A DNA stretch of 64,000 nucleotides from an uncultured bacterium (GTDB lineage Bacteria; Patescibacteriota; Minisyncoccia; Minisyncoccales; Staskawiczbacteraceae). The position numbers and the translations under genes are program-made. This document shows, in pieces, positions 1 to 9,127 of this stretch. Positions within the stretch are counted from its first letter, which is position 1. Every line of letters begins with the position of its first letter. The DNA is taken from NCBI GenBank assembly GCA_963835045.1, contig CAWIDW010000003.1:31928-95927 (forward strand), written 5' to 3'. Below the pieces are notes generated by a model. It ran no database searches, was not told the DNA's origin, and saw only the letters and a program-made list of their open reading frames with translations.

Positions 1-1079
1 CCTTTCGGACCAAAGGAGGGGACTTGGTGGCTTTGCGCCCGGAGTTTACCGCTGGAATTGTCAGAAGCTATATAGAGCATGGCATGTATAATTTGCCCCA
101 GCCTGTAAAACTATGGACCATGGGACCTTTGTTTCGCCATGAGCGGCCACAGGCCGGAAGGTATCGGCAGCTTTTGCAGTTTGATATTGAAGTCTTGGGA
201 GATAAAAGCCCTTCCATTGATGGCCAGGTGATTCAAATGACCTACGATATTTTAAAAGACTTAGGTTTTAAAAACCTTAGTATTGAAGTTAACAGTATCG
301 GGGACTTTGAATGCCGGCCGTATTTTAAAAAGATTTTGATGACCTATTTTCGGTCCAAAAAATCCAGTCTTTGCAACGACTGCCAGCGACGACTGAAAGA
401 AAATCCGCTCCGAATTTTGGACTGCAAAGAAGAAAAATGCCAGCAGGTAAAAGCCGGGGCGCCCCAAATTATTGATCACTTGTGCGAACATTGCCATGCC
501 CACTTTAAACAAGTCCTGGAATTTTTAGACGAGTTGGAGTTGCCCTACACGTTAAATCCTTATTTGGTCCGCGGCTTGGACTATTACACTCGAACCGTGT
601 TTGAATTGGTGGAAAAAAGTGAGATTGGCACTACCCAGGGCAGTTTGGCGGGCGGTGGCAGGTATGATGGTTTGGTAAAATTACTGGGAGGCAGAGATAC
701 TCCGGGCATTGGAGTTGCGGGAGGAGTGGATAGAATCATGAATATTATGAAAACCCGGGAATCAAAACCCGATAAAAAGCAAGAAAAAACCGAAATCTTT
801 TTAGCTCAATTGGGCCAGTCCGCTAAACGTAAAAGTTTGAAATTATTTGAGGAGTTTAGGGCTGCCAAAATTCCCGTGGCCGAATCGTTTTCCAAGGATT
901 CATTGCGCAGCCAATTAAACGCGGCCAATAAATTGGGAGTTAAATGGGTGCTCATTTTTGGACAAAAAGAAGCGTTGGAAGATTTCATCACCTTAAAGGA
1001 TATGGAAACCGGAGTTCAAACTGAAATTAAATTAGACAAGGTCGTAGAAGAAATGAAAGAGAGAATTAGTAAAAAATAA
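1..1079 (+). CDS. hisS: histidyl-tRNA synthetase, 5' end cut by window edge
   Basis: Frame of ORF 24..1079 is open back to the window start. LRPEFTAG (motif 2 region) and AGGGRYDGL (HisRS motif 3 signature) are present, with an anticodon-binding-like C-terminus. Confidence 0.9.
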   Translation, partial: FRTKGGDLVALRPEFTAGIVRSYIEHGMYNLPQPVKLWTMGPLFRHERPQAGRYRQLLQFDIEVLGDKSPSIDGQVIQMTYDILKDLGFKNLSIEVNSIGDFECRPYFKKILMTYFRSKKSSLCNDCQRRLKENPLRILDCKEEKCQQVKAGAPQIIDHLCEHCHAHFKQVLEFLDELELPYTLNPYLVRGLDYYTRTVFELVEKSEIGTTQGSLAGGGRYDGLVKLLGGRDTPGIGVAGGVDRIMNIMKTRESKPDKKQEKTEIFLAQLGQSAKRKSLKLFEEFRAAKIPVAESFSKDSLRSQLNAANKLGVKWVLIFGQKEALEDFITLKDMETGVQTEIKLDKVVEEMKERISKK

Positions 1080-1097
1080 AACTAGAAAATAGAAATA

Positions 1098-1156
1098 TAG
1101 AAAGATAGAAAATAGAATCGCAACGTCGTGTTAACATTCTATTTTCTATCTTTCTA
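1098..1156. repeat. AT-rich palindromic element: perfect 21-bp stem with a 17-nt loop carrying ACGTCGTGTTA
   Basis: tagaaagatagaaaatagaat (1098-1118) is the exact reverse complement of 1136-1156. It lies between the hisS stop and the rpsU start. Confidence 0.85.
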
Positions 1157-1177
1157 CTTTCTAAATTCTCAAACAAC

Positions 1178-1393
1178 GTGTTGCAAGTACAAAAAAAGGA
1201 TCGGGAAAATTCTCAAAACTTGGTGCACCGCTTTACGAAAGTGGTTCGCCAGAGCGGAATTTTACTTGATGTTCGGGCAAAGCAGTTTCGCAAGCGTCCA
1301 AAGTCAGCTTTGGCAAAGAAGCGTTCGGCTCTAAGAAGGGTAACGATGCGAGTGGAAAAAGCTATCGCGGAAAAAATGTCAAAACCTAAGTAG
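1178..1393 (+). CDS. rpsU: 30S ribosomal protein S21
   Basis: 71-aa basic protein. VQKKDRENSQNLVHRFTKVVRQSGIL...KRPKSALAKKRSA matches the S21 pattern (V.VrenE...ALRRFKR...GI). GTG start. Confidence 0.85.
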   Translation: MLQVQKKDRENSQNLVHRFTKVVRQSGILLDVRAKQFRKRPKSALAKKRSALRRVTMRVEKAIAEKMSKPK

Positions 1394-1476
1394 AAAATAG
1401 GATTTAGAACATAGAACATAGAATACTGACGTCGTGTTAGGTATTCTAATTTCTAATTTCTACTTTCTATTTTCTA
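1391..1476. repeat. second AT-rich palindromic element, imperfect long hairpin with the same loop core ACGTCGTGTTA
   Basis: tagaaaatag (1391-1400) pairs with ctattttcta (1467-1476). tagaatac (1419-1426) pairs with gtattcta (1441-1448). The loop contains acgtcgtgtta at 1429-1439. Confidence 0.75.
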
Positions 1477-1488
1477 GATTCTCGTTGC

Positions 1489-1983
1489 ATGCTCAAGGAA
1501 AAACTCCAGGCCGATGTCAAAGAAGCTCTCAAGAGCCACAACCAGCAAGTAGTTGATGTTTTGCGTATGGCATTGTCTTCAGTCAGCGCCAAGGAAAAAG
1601 AAAAACGATATAAGATTGCCAAAGAAAAACCCGACACTTCTGAAGCTGAATTGCTCAAGCAATCGGCGCTCTTGGATGACGAGGTGATATCTGTTGTGTC
1701 TTCTGAAATTAAAAAAAGAAAAGACGCTATGGCGTTATATCAGCAAGGCAATCGCCAAGAGTTGGTTGACCAGGAGGCAAAAGAAATTAAAATTTTACAA
1801 ATATATCTGCCCGAGCAGTTATCAAAAGAAGCGCTCGACCAGCTCGTTCAAGAGTCAGTCAATAATGTGGGAGCAACAACAATCAAGGATATGGGGAAGG
1901 TGATGGCGGACTTGATGCCAAAAGTAAAAGGCAGGGCCGATAACGGCCAAATCAGTATTATTATTAAAACATTGTTGCAGTAA
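1489..1983 (+). CDS. GatB/YqeY domain protein
   Basis: 164 aa. The N-terminus LKEKLQADVKEALKSHNQQVVDVLRMALSSV fits the YqeY-family pattern, as do size and charge. Confidence 0.75.
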   Translation: MLKEKLQADVKEALKSHNQQVVDVLRMALSSVSAKEKEKRYKIAKEKPDTSEAELLKQSALLDDEVISVVSSEIKKRKDAMALYQQGNRQELVDQEAKEIKILQIYLPEQLSKEALDQLVQESVNNVGATTIKDMGKVMADLMPKVKGRADNGQISIIIKTLLQ

Positions 1984-1985
1984 CT

Positions 1986-2669
1986 ATGGAAAGCCAGCCA
2001 AAAAAACTCATTTCTTTAGACGAACTTTTTAGAAAAAGCGTTGACATGTATTCAAAAAAGGCAGCGGTAATGATGTGGCTGGTTTTAATCGCCTTTGTCA
2101 GTTCTGTTATTATTTTTTCACCCTTTTTCTTATTTGCCACAGCAAACCATCAAGCCAGGCACCACTTTGACATGTCTTTATTTTTGCTGTTCCTGGTCGG
2201 TTTTTTACTCGCCCTGATTATTAATGTCTGGGTTCAGGTTGCTTTATTTTACGTTATCAAAGAAAAAGAAGTGAAAGTAACCCTAAAAAGTATTTTGCTT
2301 CTGGCTTGGGATAATATCGGTTCGTATTCCTGGGTTTTGTTTTTAAAAGGAATTATTATTTTAATTGGTTTTGCCTTGTTTATCATACCGGGGATTATTC
2401 TTTCTGTTTGGTTTGGTTTCCCGCTGTATAGTTTTGTGTTTGATGATGTAAAAGGAGGTAAAGCTTTGACGGCTAGCAAGAATCTGGTCAAAGGTTATTG
2501 GTGGGCCGTATTTGGCAGATTATGTTTGTTGTTCATTGTGATGTATGTTATTTCTTTTATTCCTTTCCTTGGACTGTTGATTAATCTATTTATTTTAATG
2601 CCATTTAGCATTGTCTATGGCTATGTTATTTTCGAAGATTTAAAAAGAATAAAAGCGCTCCCCCGGTAA
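1986..2669 (+). CDS. integral membrane protein, function unknown
   Basis: 227 aa with about 5-6 hydrophobic segments. Starts 3 nt after the upstream stop. No recognisable motif. Confidence 0.6.
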   Translation: MESQPKKLISLDELFRKSVDMYSKKAAVMMWLVLIAFVSSVIIFSPFFLFATANHQARHHFDMSLFLLFLVGFLLALIINVWVQVALFYVIKEKEVKVTLKSILLLAWDNIGSYSWVLFLKGIIILIGFALFIIPGIILSVWFGFPLYSFVFDDVKGGKALTASKNLVKGYWWAVFGRLCLLFIVMYVISFIPFLGLLINLFILMPFSIVYGYVIFEDLKRIKALPR

Positions 2670-2696
2670 TTCTCGTTTATATGTCATATAACGCAA

Positions 2697-2728
2697 AAAG
2701 CCCCCATGTTCGGGGTTTTTTGTTTTTT
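2697..2728 (+). terminator. rho-independent terminator
   Basis: aaagCCCCcatgttcGGGG followed by a T-rich run (tttttttgtttttt). Confidence 0.6.
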
Positions 2729-2769
2729 AAAAATGGTGTAATATAAACTACATTAACTCTTTTTAGGCT

Positions 2770-3180
2770 ATGATTGAGATTAACAATTTGACCAACTTCT
2801 CTGTGGATAAGACTTTTTTTCTGGGGGTTGCAAAAAAAGTGTTAAAAGGCGAAAATAGACAAATAGAAAACATATCTATTGCTTTTGTGAATGCCCAGGA
2901 AATACAGGCTCTTAACAAAAAATACCGAAAGAAAGATAAACCCACCGACGTATTGTCATTTGAAAAAGTGTCAGATTTTAAAGATGAAGCCGCGGAAGTT
3001 ATTTTGTGTCCGACGGTGGTTCGGGAGCACGCCAAAAAGTCCGGGCTATCATTAAAGAAAGAATTGGCCAACATGCTCATTCATGGACTGTTGCATGTCT
3101 TGGGATACGATCATGAACTTTCGCCGGCCGAAGAAGAAAGGATGCTAAAAAGGCAAGCATATTATTTTGCTAAGATTTAA
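2770..3180 (+). CDS. ybeY: rRNA maturation endoribonuclease YbeY
   Basis: 136 aa. The zinc motif HGLLHVLGYDH (H..H.....H) is diagnostic of YbeY. Confidence 0.9.
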   Translation: MIEINNLTNFSVDKTFFLGVAKKVLKGENRQIENISIAFVNAQEIQALNKKYRKKDKPTDVLSFEKVSDFKDEAAEVILCPTVVREHAKKSGLSLKKELANMLIHGLLHVLGYDHELSPAEEERMLKRQAYYFAKI

Positions 3181-3200
3181 AAATTTAACATTTAACATTA

Positions 3201-4439
3201 ATGTCTCGTGGTCACATTGTCACAGGTTTAGATATTGGAACAAGCACCATTAAGGCACTGGTTGTGCAAAAGAAAGGAACCGAATGGGAGGTTTTAACAT
3301 ACGCCCAAATTCCTTCATTCGGTTTGAGGCGTGGAGCGGTGGTTAAGGTGGATGAAACGGCAAAAAATATCCAGCTTTTAATTTCAGGTATTGAGCGGGA
3401 ACACAATATCAGGATTAGTTCCGCTTTTGTAAATATTGGCGGCAGCCACTTGTATGTCACGCCTTCCGATGGCATTATTTCTGTTTCCCGGGCTGACCAG
3501 CGCATTTCTAAAGAAGACATCGAACGGGTGCTTCAAGCAACCCGGTCTATCAACATTCCTTCAAACCAAGAAATTTTAGATGTCTTTCCCCGCGAGTTTA
3601 TTATTGATGACCAAAAAGGCATCAAGCAACCAGAAGGGCTTACCGGCATTCGGCTTGAGGCAAAAGTGATTTTGCTTTGTTATTTCCAGTCATACTTTAC
3701 CAACTTAACGACCGCCGTTTTGCAAGCTAAATTGCAAATCAACGACATCATTCCATCTCCCATTGCCGCGGCCGAAGCGGTATTAACCCCTCAACAAAAA
3801 GAATTGGGAGTTGCTTTAATTGATATTGGGTACGAAACCACGAGTTTGGCAGTTTTTGAAGAAGGGGACTTGATCCATTTGGCTATTTTCCCATTGGGTT
3901 CTGCCAATATCACCAAAGATATTGCCATTGGGCTTCGAACAGAATTTGATGTTGCCGAAGATATAAAAAAACAGCACGGATCGTGTCTTTTTACCAAGAA
4001 CGAAAAAGAGAAAAAAGATCTTTCAAAAAAGAAAATAGAAGTCCTTGATAAGGCTTCGTCACTGTCTTTTAATGACAAGATGTTGGCAGATATTATCGGC
4101 CCCAGGGTTTCTGAAATTTTGGACTTGATGCAAAAAGAGTTAAAGAAAATAGGACGCCAAGAGTTGTTGCCAGGAGGCATTGTCCTTACCGGCGGCGGGG
4201 CAAATTTACCCAAGATTAAAGAGCTTTGCAAACAACAATTAAAACTTCCTTGCGAAATAGGAGTGCCAAAAGGTGTTATCGGTTTAGATAAAGATCCGGC
4301 TTTGGCGACGGTGGTCGGGCTTGTTTTGGGAGGCGCCTTCATTGACGATTCCGATCGAGAAGGTATGATGGGAATACTTGGGTTTTTAAAACAGTTACTA
4401 TTTAAAATTAAAAAGATGTTTAGGGTCTTTATTCCGTGA
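3201..4439 (+). CDS. ftsA: cell division protein FtsA
   Basis: Actin-like ATPase motifs GLDIGTSTIKALV and LTGGGANLPKI. Lies immediately upstream of ftsZ. Confidence 0.9.
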   Translation: MSRGHIVTGLDIGTSTIKALVVQKKGTEWEVLTYAQIPSFGLRRGAVVKVDETAKNIQLLISGIEREHNIRISSAFVNIGGSHLYVTPSDGIISVSRADQRISKEDIERVLQATRSINIPSNQEILDVFPREFIIDDQKGIKQPEGLTGIRLEAKVILLCYFQSYFTNLTTAVLQAKLQINDIIPSPIAAAEAVLTPQQKELGVALIDIGYETTSLAVFEEGDLIHLAIFPLGSANITKDIAIGLRTEFDVAEDIKKQHGSCLFTKNEKEKKDLSKKKIEVLDKASSLSFNDKMLADIIGPRVSEILDLMQKELKKIGRQELLPGGIVLTGGGANLPKIKELCKQQLKLPCEIGVPKGVIGLDKDPALATVVGLVLGGAFIDDSDREGMMGILGFLKQLLFKIKKMFRVFIP

Positions 4440-4441
4440 AT

Positions 4442-4534
4442 TTCGAATTTTGAATTTCGAATAAAGCTAGAATTTCTAAATTTTTGAAACGTGTTTTGAA
4501 ATTAATTCATTAAAAAATTTATTCAAAATTCGAA
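4442..4534. repeat. AT-rich imperfect inverted repeat in the ftsA-ftsZ spacer
   Basis: ttcgaattttgaat (4442-4455) is the reverse complement of attcaaaattcgaa (4521-4534). The interior contains aaacgtgtttt, weakly similar to the rpsU-flanking loop core. Confidence 0.55.
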
Positions 4535-4558
4535 TTTCAAAATTAGAAATTAGTTATC

Positions 4559-5479
4559 ATGAATCTGAAAATTAAAGTGATTGGGGTGGGGGGTTCGGGA
4601 TGTAATACGGTTTCTCGCATTGCCAAGTTTGATGTGGCAGGAGTTGAATTGGTAGCTGTTAATACGGATGCCCAGGCGCTTCACTTTTGTAAAGTTCCAA
4701 AAAAAATTCTCATCGGTAATCAGGCTACTCGCGGTTTGGGAGCTGGTATGGATGCGTCTCTCGGCGCCCAAGCGGCCCAAGAAAATAGCAAAGAAATTTC
4801 CGAGCTTTTAAAAGGTTCGGACATGGTGTTTATTACCTGCGGTTTGGGAGGCGGAACCGGGTCGGGAGCTACGCCGATTATTGCCAAGACCGCCAGGGAT
4901 TTGGGAATTTTGACGGTGGTGGTGGTAACAACTCCCTTTTCGTTTGAGGGCCAAGAGCGCAAGCAAGTAGCCGCCGCGGCCTTGCATCAGATTAAAAGCA
5001 ATGTTGATTCACTCTTGGTTATCGCCAATGACAATTTGCTGAAAATGATTGATGAGAAAACTACGGTTTCAAGCGCTTTTGAAATCTGTGACGATATTTT
5101 GCGCCAAGCTGTCCAGGGAATTACGGATTTGGTCATGGTGCCCGGAATCATTAACATTGATTTTGCCTCGGTTGTTTCCATTATGAAAAATTCCGGCCAG
5201 GCGCTCTTTGGCACCGGCCAAGCTGTCGGAGAACATCGGGCTGTTGAAGCGGCCACCAAAGCCATCAATTCGCCGCTCTTGGATTTTTCCATTAAGGGTT
5301 CAAAGGGAATTTTATTTAACGCTTCGGGAAGCGATGTTACCTTAAACGAAATCCAGCAGGCCGCCAAAGTCATCACCGAACACGTCGATCAAAAAGCCCA
5401 AATCATCTTCGGCGCCGTCAAAGATAATACCCTAAAAAAAGGGGAAATAAAAATCACAGTCATTGCCACCAAGTTTTAA
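4559..5479 (+). CDS. ftsZ: cell division GTPase FtsZ, core only (no C-terminal linker or tail)
   Basis: Tubulin signature GLGGGTGSGATP and N-terminal KVIGVGGSGCN. At 306 aa it ends right after the globular core. Confidence 0.92.
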   Translation: MNLKIKVIGVGGSGCNTVSRIAKFDVAGVELVAVNTDAQALHFCKVPKKILIGNQATRGLGAGMDASLGAQAAQENSKEISELLKGSDMVFITCGLGGGTGSGATPIIAKTARDLGILTVVVVTTPFSFEGQERKQVAAAALHQIKSNVDSLLVIANDNLLKMIDEKTTVSSAFEICDDILRQAVQGITDLVMVPGIINIDFASVVSIMKNSGQALFGTGQAVGEHRAVEAATKAINSPLLDFSIKGSKGILFNASGSDVTLNEIQQAAKVITEHVDQKAQIIFGAVKDNTLKKGEIKITVIATKF

Positions 5480-5488
5480 GGTGGTATA

Positions 5489-6802
5489 ATGGTAGGGGTG
5501 ATAAAAAATAAAATACAGTTTAAAATTATGGGAGAAATTAGTAGTAACAATCCTCCAGAGAATCTACCCCCCCCAGAACTAAAAACAGATCAACCACAAT
5601 TGTTGACACCTGAAGAAATTGCGCAGCAACATAAAGTAAAGGAAGCTGCAGATTTTGCGGAGGTGAAAGAGGCGCAAACTCCCGAAAGGATTAAAGAATT
5701 AAAAAGTAAAGTAGTAGAATTTCTGAGTGAAGACGAAACTACTCGCAAAAATGTTGCTAAAGAGTTGGGTCTTGGTGAAAATGCTACCGCATTGGAAATA
5801 GATGATTTACAGGATAAATATGAAAAATTATCTGATGAGCAACGTCAAAAAATTGATGATGAAAAAATAAGTATTGCAGAGTATTTTGGCTTTGGCGAAA
5901 AGGTAAAGCAGAACGATATTCCGTTAAAAGAAGCTCCAGGAGAAAAATTGCAGGAAAAAACTGACCAAGAAGTGGCCCAAGAAATGATTGCCGCGGCTCA
6001 AGGGATGACTTTTGACGAACTTAATCCCTTGGTAATAGAAGTTTACAAGAAGATCAAAGATAAAAATCTACGGAGTCAAACGATAACTACCCTCAACCAG
6101 CTTTTAGAAGTAAAAATGCAAGAGAAGTTAGGGAAATTAAAAGAACAACATCAGCAAACCGTTACAGATTGGGAAGAAGGAAAAATAACAATGGGAGAGG
6201 CAGAAGATGTGTTGAAAGGAAAAAAACGGCCTAGCCCAGAACAAGTAAAATTCGCACAAGAGACAAATGCGCAAAGAGAAAAAGAAGCAAGACAGCGAGA
6301 GGCAGAAAGAAAATTTTCGGAGGAATCCAACCAATTTCTTTTGGGCTTGGCAAAGTTATTGGCGGGCAAAAATAAGGCAGCTAAAGCAATTGACGATCAA
6401 GAAGTTTTAGAATTAATTTTTCAGGCAAACCAGAAAATACGATCTGTTATTGAATCGCAGGGTGAGGCTTTGGGGCCGGTAGAAATTCAAAAACTGCGCG
6501 ATATAGAGCAGGATTTTATCAATAAATCCGGTGCTATTGAAAGTCGTCGAAAAGTAAAGCAACAAATAGAAGGAGTCGCAAAAAAAGATCTTTATAAATA
6601 TCTGGATCTTACATCAGATGCTTCCGAAAAAAAAATCAAAATACAATATAGGAAGCTTTCACAACAATATCATCCCGATGTAAATGGTGGTGAAGACAAG
6701 AAGTTTAAAGAAATTAATGATGCGTATGATATCTTAAGTGATAAAAACCTCCGCGAAAGGTACGACACTCGCCGCAGTCAATTTATTCTTTATGGAAATT
6801 GA
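5489..6802 (+). CDS. E/K-rich coiled-coil protein with C-terminal J-domain
   Basis: The C-terminal DLYKYLDLTSDASEKKIKIQYRKLSQQYHPDVNGG...FKEINDAYDILSD contains the HPD motif of DnaJ J-domains. aaggtgg lies 5 nt upstream of the ATG. Confidence 0.75.
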   Translation: MVGVIKNKIQFKIMGEISSNNPPENLPPPELKTDQPQLLTPEEIAQQHKVKEAADFAEVKEAQTPERIKELKSKVVEFLSEDETTRKNVAKELGLGENATALEIDDLQDKYEKLSDEQRQKIDDEKISIAEYFGFGEKVKQNDIPLKEAPGEKLQEKTDQEVAQEMIAAAQGMTFDELNPLVIEVYKKIKDKNLRSQTITTLNQLLEVKMQEKLGKLKEQHQQTVTDWEEGKITMGEAEDVLKGKKRPSPEQVKFAQETNAQREKEARQREAERKFSEESNQFLLGLAKLLAGKNKAAKAIDDQEVLELIFQANQKIRSVIESQGEALGPVEIQKLRDIEQDFINKSGAIESRRKVKQQIEGVAKKDLYKYLDLTSDASEKKIKIQYRKLSQQYHPDVNGGEDKKFKEINDAYDILSDKNLRERYDTRRSQFILYGN

Positions 6803-6846
6803 AAATTAAATTGCAATTTTGATTTTTGCATTTTGACTTCCTAAAA

Positions 6847-8415
6847 ATGACTCCCTCCAAAACACTTTTTTATCTTTGCATTTCTTTTGTGGTGGGAATA
6901 TGTTTGGAGTCGAGTTTCTATAATTTTGCGCCGGAGTTTTTGAGAAACCGAGCCCTGTATCTGGCGCTTGGTTTTTTAGTTTTGGGAATTGTAACCATAG
7001 CCGCCACATTTTTCATTCGGATAATTCGGATGCGACATTCGGAGCATTTGGATCTCTTCATTGTCTTCGGATTTTGCTTGCTCTTTGTGGCTTTGGGAAT
7101 TGGGCGTTTTGCCATTACTGAATTTAATATCACCCATAATGTTCTGACGATTTTTAATGACAAACCCTACGCCGTTACCATCGTAGGGCGAGTTGCCGAC
7201 GCGCCCGATTTGCGTGATGCCAAGCAAAATGTGACCGTGGCGGCAAACGACTTGGTGGTTGATGGTAAAAAAGTAGTAGTCAGTGGAAAAATATTGGCAA
7301 CTTTGAGTATTTATAAAACCTATCAGTATCAAGATGAGGTGGCGCTCCAAGGAAAATTAAAAACTCCGACCGTCTTTGACGATTTTAATTACAAAAATTA
7401 TTTGCTTAAAGACGGTATATATTCGCTTTTGTATTATCCCAAAGTAGAAACGATTTCAACCAACCATCAGTACAACGCTTTTACATTTTTATACGCACAG
7501 ATTTTATGGATCAAAGAAGCTTTACGAAATTCTATCTATGCTAATTTTTCTGGTTCGCCACGACTTATTTTAGAGGGGGTTATTTTGGGCAACAATAAAA
7601 ACATGACCGACGATTTGCGTAATCAATTAAATGTCACGGGTCTGCGTTATTTGACTGCCATTTCCGGCGTGCATATTATCATTATCACTCTTATTATGAT
7701 GTCACTGCTTTTAATGCTGGGGCTCTGGCGTGGCCAAGCTTTTTATTTCACCTTGATATTTGTCTGGCTCTATATTATTTTGACCGGTTTTTCGGCTTCA
7801 GGAATTCGAGCGGGGGTTATGGGCAGTATTTTATTGTTGTCCCAAAAATTAGGACGTCAGAATACCAGCTCCCGAACCATCGTCTTGGCCGCCGCAATCA
7901 TGCTTTTGCTTAATCCGTTGCTCTTGTTTTACGACATCGGTTTCCAACTTTCTTTTTTGGCGTGCCTTGGCATCATTTACTTTAAACCCATCCTTGAAAA
8001 CCTGATGAAAATAATTACCAAAGAACACGCCCGATACATTGTAGAAATGCTGGCCGTCACCTTAACCGCCCAACTTTTTATCTTGCCCGTCATGGCCTAC
8101 AACTTTGGCGTTGTTTCACTCATAGCTCCGCTGACTAGCCTCTTGGTATTGCCTATCATGGCGCCGTTAATGATCGTAGGGTTTTTGGCCGCGTCGGTTG
8201 GTATTTTTTCCCAAGTGGCCAGCTTTGTTTTTGCCCTGCCTTGTTTTGTCTTGCTGTTGTATTTTAAAAAAGTCCTAGACATTTTTTCACAACCCTGGGC
8301 CGCCGCGACAGTCCCAAATGTTTCGTGGCTTTGGATTGTTGTCTACTACGCGATATTGTTTGGGCTGGTAGTATGTTTGCAAAAAATCAAAAAACCAAAG
8401 TTTTTAGGATTTTAA
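6847..8415 (+). CDS. comEC: ComEC/Rec2-family competence channel protein (no metallo-beta-lactamase domain)
   Basis: Polytopic membrane protein with TGLRYLTAISGVHIIII (the ComEC 'SG.H' competence-domain motif). The track ORF starts at a TTG (6826); the first ATG is at 6847. Confidence 0.8.
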   Translation: MTPSKTLFYLCISFVVGICLESSFYNFAPEFLRNRALYLALGFLVLGIVTIAATFFIRIIRMRHSEHLDLFIVFGFCLLFVALGIGRFAITEFNITHNVLTIFNDKPYAVTIVGRVADAPDLRDAKQNVTVAANDLVVDGKKVVVSGKILATLSIYKTYQYQDEVALQGKLKTPTVFDDFNYKNYLLKDGIYSLLYYPKVETISTNHQYNAFTFLYAQILWIKEALRNSIYANFSGSPRLILEGVILGNNKNMTDDLRNQLNVTGLRYLTAISGVHIIIITLIMMSLLLMLGLWRGQAFYFTLIFVWLYIILTGFSASGIRAGVMGSILLLSQKLGRQNTSSRTIVLAAAIMLLLNPLLLFYDIGFQLSFLACLGIIYFKPILENLMKIITKEHARYIVEMLAVTLTAQLFILPVMAYNFGVVSLIAPLTSLLVLPIMAPLMIVGFLAASVGIFSQVASFVFALPCFVLLLYFKKVLDIFSQPWAAATVPNVSWLWIVVYYAILFGLVVCLQKIKKPKFLGF

Positions 8416-8433
8416 TTTCGTTAAATTTTTTGT

Positions 8434-8470
8434 AAAAAAATAACCGCAGGGCGAACCGTGCGGTTGGTTT
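8434..8470. terminator. bidirectional terminator hairpin between convergent genes
   Basis: AACCGCA(gggcgaaccg)TGCGGTT at 8442-8465, flanked by an A-run upstream and T-rich sequence downstream. Confidence 0.55.
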
Positions 8471-8472
8471 GG

Positions 8473-9039
8473 TCAAGAGGTTTTTGATTTCTCTTTTTCT
8501 TTTTCTTTTTCTTTTTCTTTTTCTTTGTCCCACTGTTCCATGTCAGCAATGGCCTTTTCATGCGGGCCAGAGAAGACTCTTTCAAATACGATTCGGCGGC
8601 GTTTTTTGCCAGCAAACCGTGCATAGTACAGTTTGATTTTTTTCCCAGGAAGGATGGCCTCTAAAAAACTTCCAAGCAGAGGTAGCGTACTTTTTTCCAA
8701 CCCCTCTCCGTCATCGCACGGGTAGCCTAAAACGTTGCTGGGAACCGTGTCAAAGTAGGCACAATTTTCGTGCACGATGACGATGACTGTTTCGATGGTA
8801 GGGAACTTCTTGCATTTGAACACCAGCTGTTTACGTAGATATTTAAACCTACTTGGCATTTCCATGGGAAATGCGATTGGCGTCAAACTTCCCGCTAGTC
8901 TCATGATGACATCCCTGCTTCTTTTCACGCCTTTTCTACGGGTGAATTTTTTGCAGGCTCCAGTAAAGCGCACATCGACACATTCTGCGACGAGTTTTTT
9001 GGGCTTCGGGTTTTTGCGGGCCCTGTAAGTTTTTGCCAT
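8473..9039 (-). CDS. orphan basic protein with C-terminal (EK)n tail, function unknown
   Basis: The ORF track gives 8473..9060 from a TTG. The ATG at 9039 is preceded by GGAG with 9-nt spacing. No motif recognised. Visibly GC-richer than its neighbours. Confidence 0.6.
   Translation of the reverse strand: MAKTYRARKNPKPKKLVAECVDVRFTGACKKFTRRKGVKRSRDVIMRLAGSLTPIAFPMEMPSRFKYLRKQLVFKCKKFPTIETVIVIVHENCAYFDTVPSNVLGYPCDDGEGLEKSTLPLLGSFLEAILPGKKIKLYYARFAGKKRRRIVFERVFSGPHEKAIADMEQWDKEKEKEKEKEKEKSKTS
8493..8526. repeat. hexanucleotide microsatellite (CTTTTT)5 plus a partial unit
   Basis: Read directly. On the minus strand it is (GAAAAA)n and encodes the EKEKEKEKEK tail of the 8473..9039 protein. Confidence 0.95.
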
Positions 9040-9127
9040 CGAACGATACTCCGTTGTCAATTAGCTGTTGCGCAAACATTGCTGGCGCCATGCCAGCAGC
9101 GAATCTATGTTTACGCAACTACGGCCA

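Noticed and set aside
1128-1419. ORFs 1128..1334 (+) and 1213..1419 (-) overlapping rpsU.
   Set aside because: They are out-of-frame or antisense to a clear S21 gene and start inside the palindromic element.
3791-4342. Long antisense ORFs inside well-supported genes, for example 3791..4342, 4987..5376, 15879..16340, 16902..17309, 20129..20650, 49562..50017, 54085..54573 and 56825..57283 (all -).
   Set aside because: Each lies fully within a confidently identified + strand gene (ftsA, ftsZ, clpB, capD-like, murB, secA and others). They have low-complexity composition and no start context.
8421-8624. ORF 8421..8624 (-) encoding a poly-Lys run.
   Set aside because: It is an alternative frame of the (CTTTTT)n microsatellite and overlaps the better-supported 8473..9039 gene.
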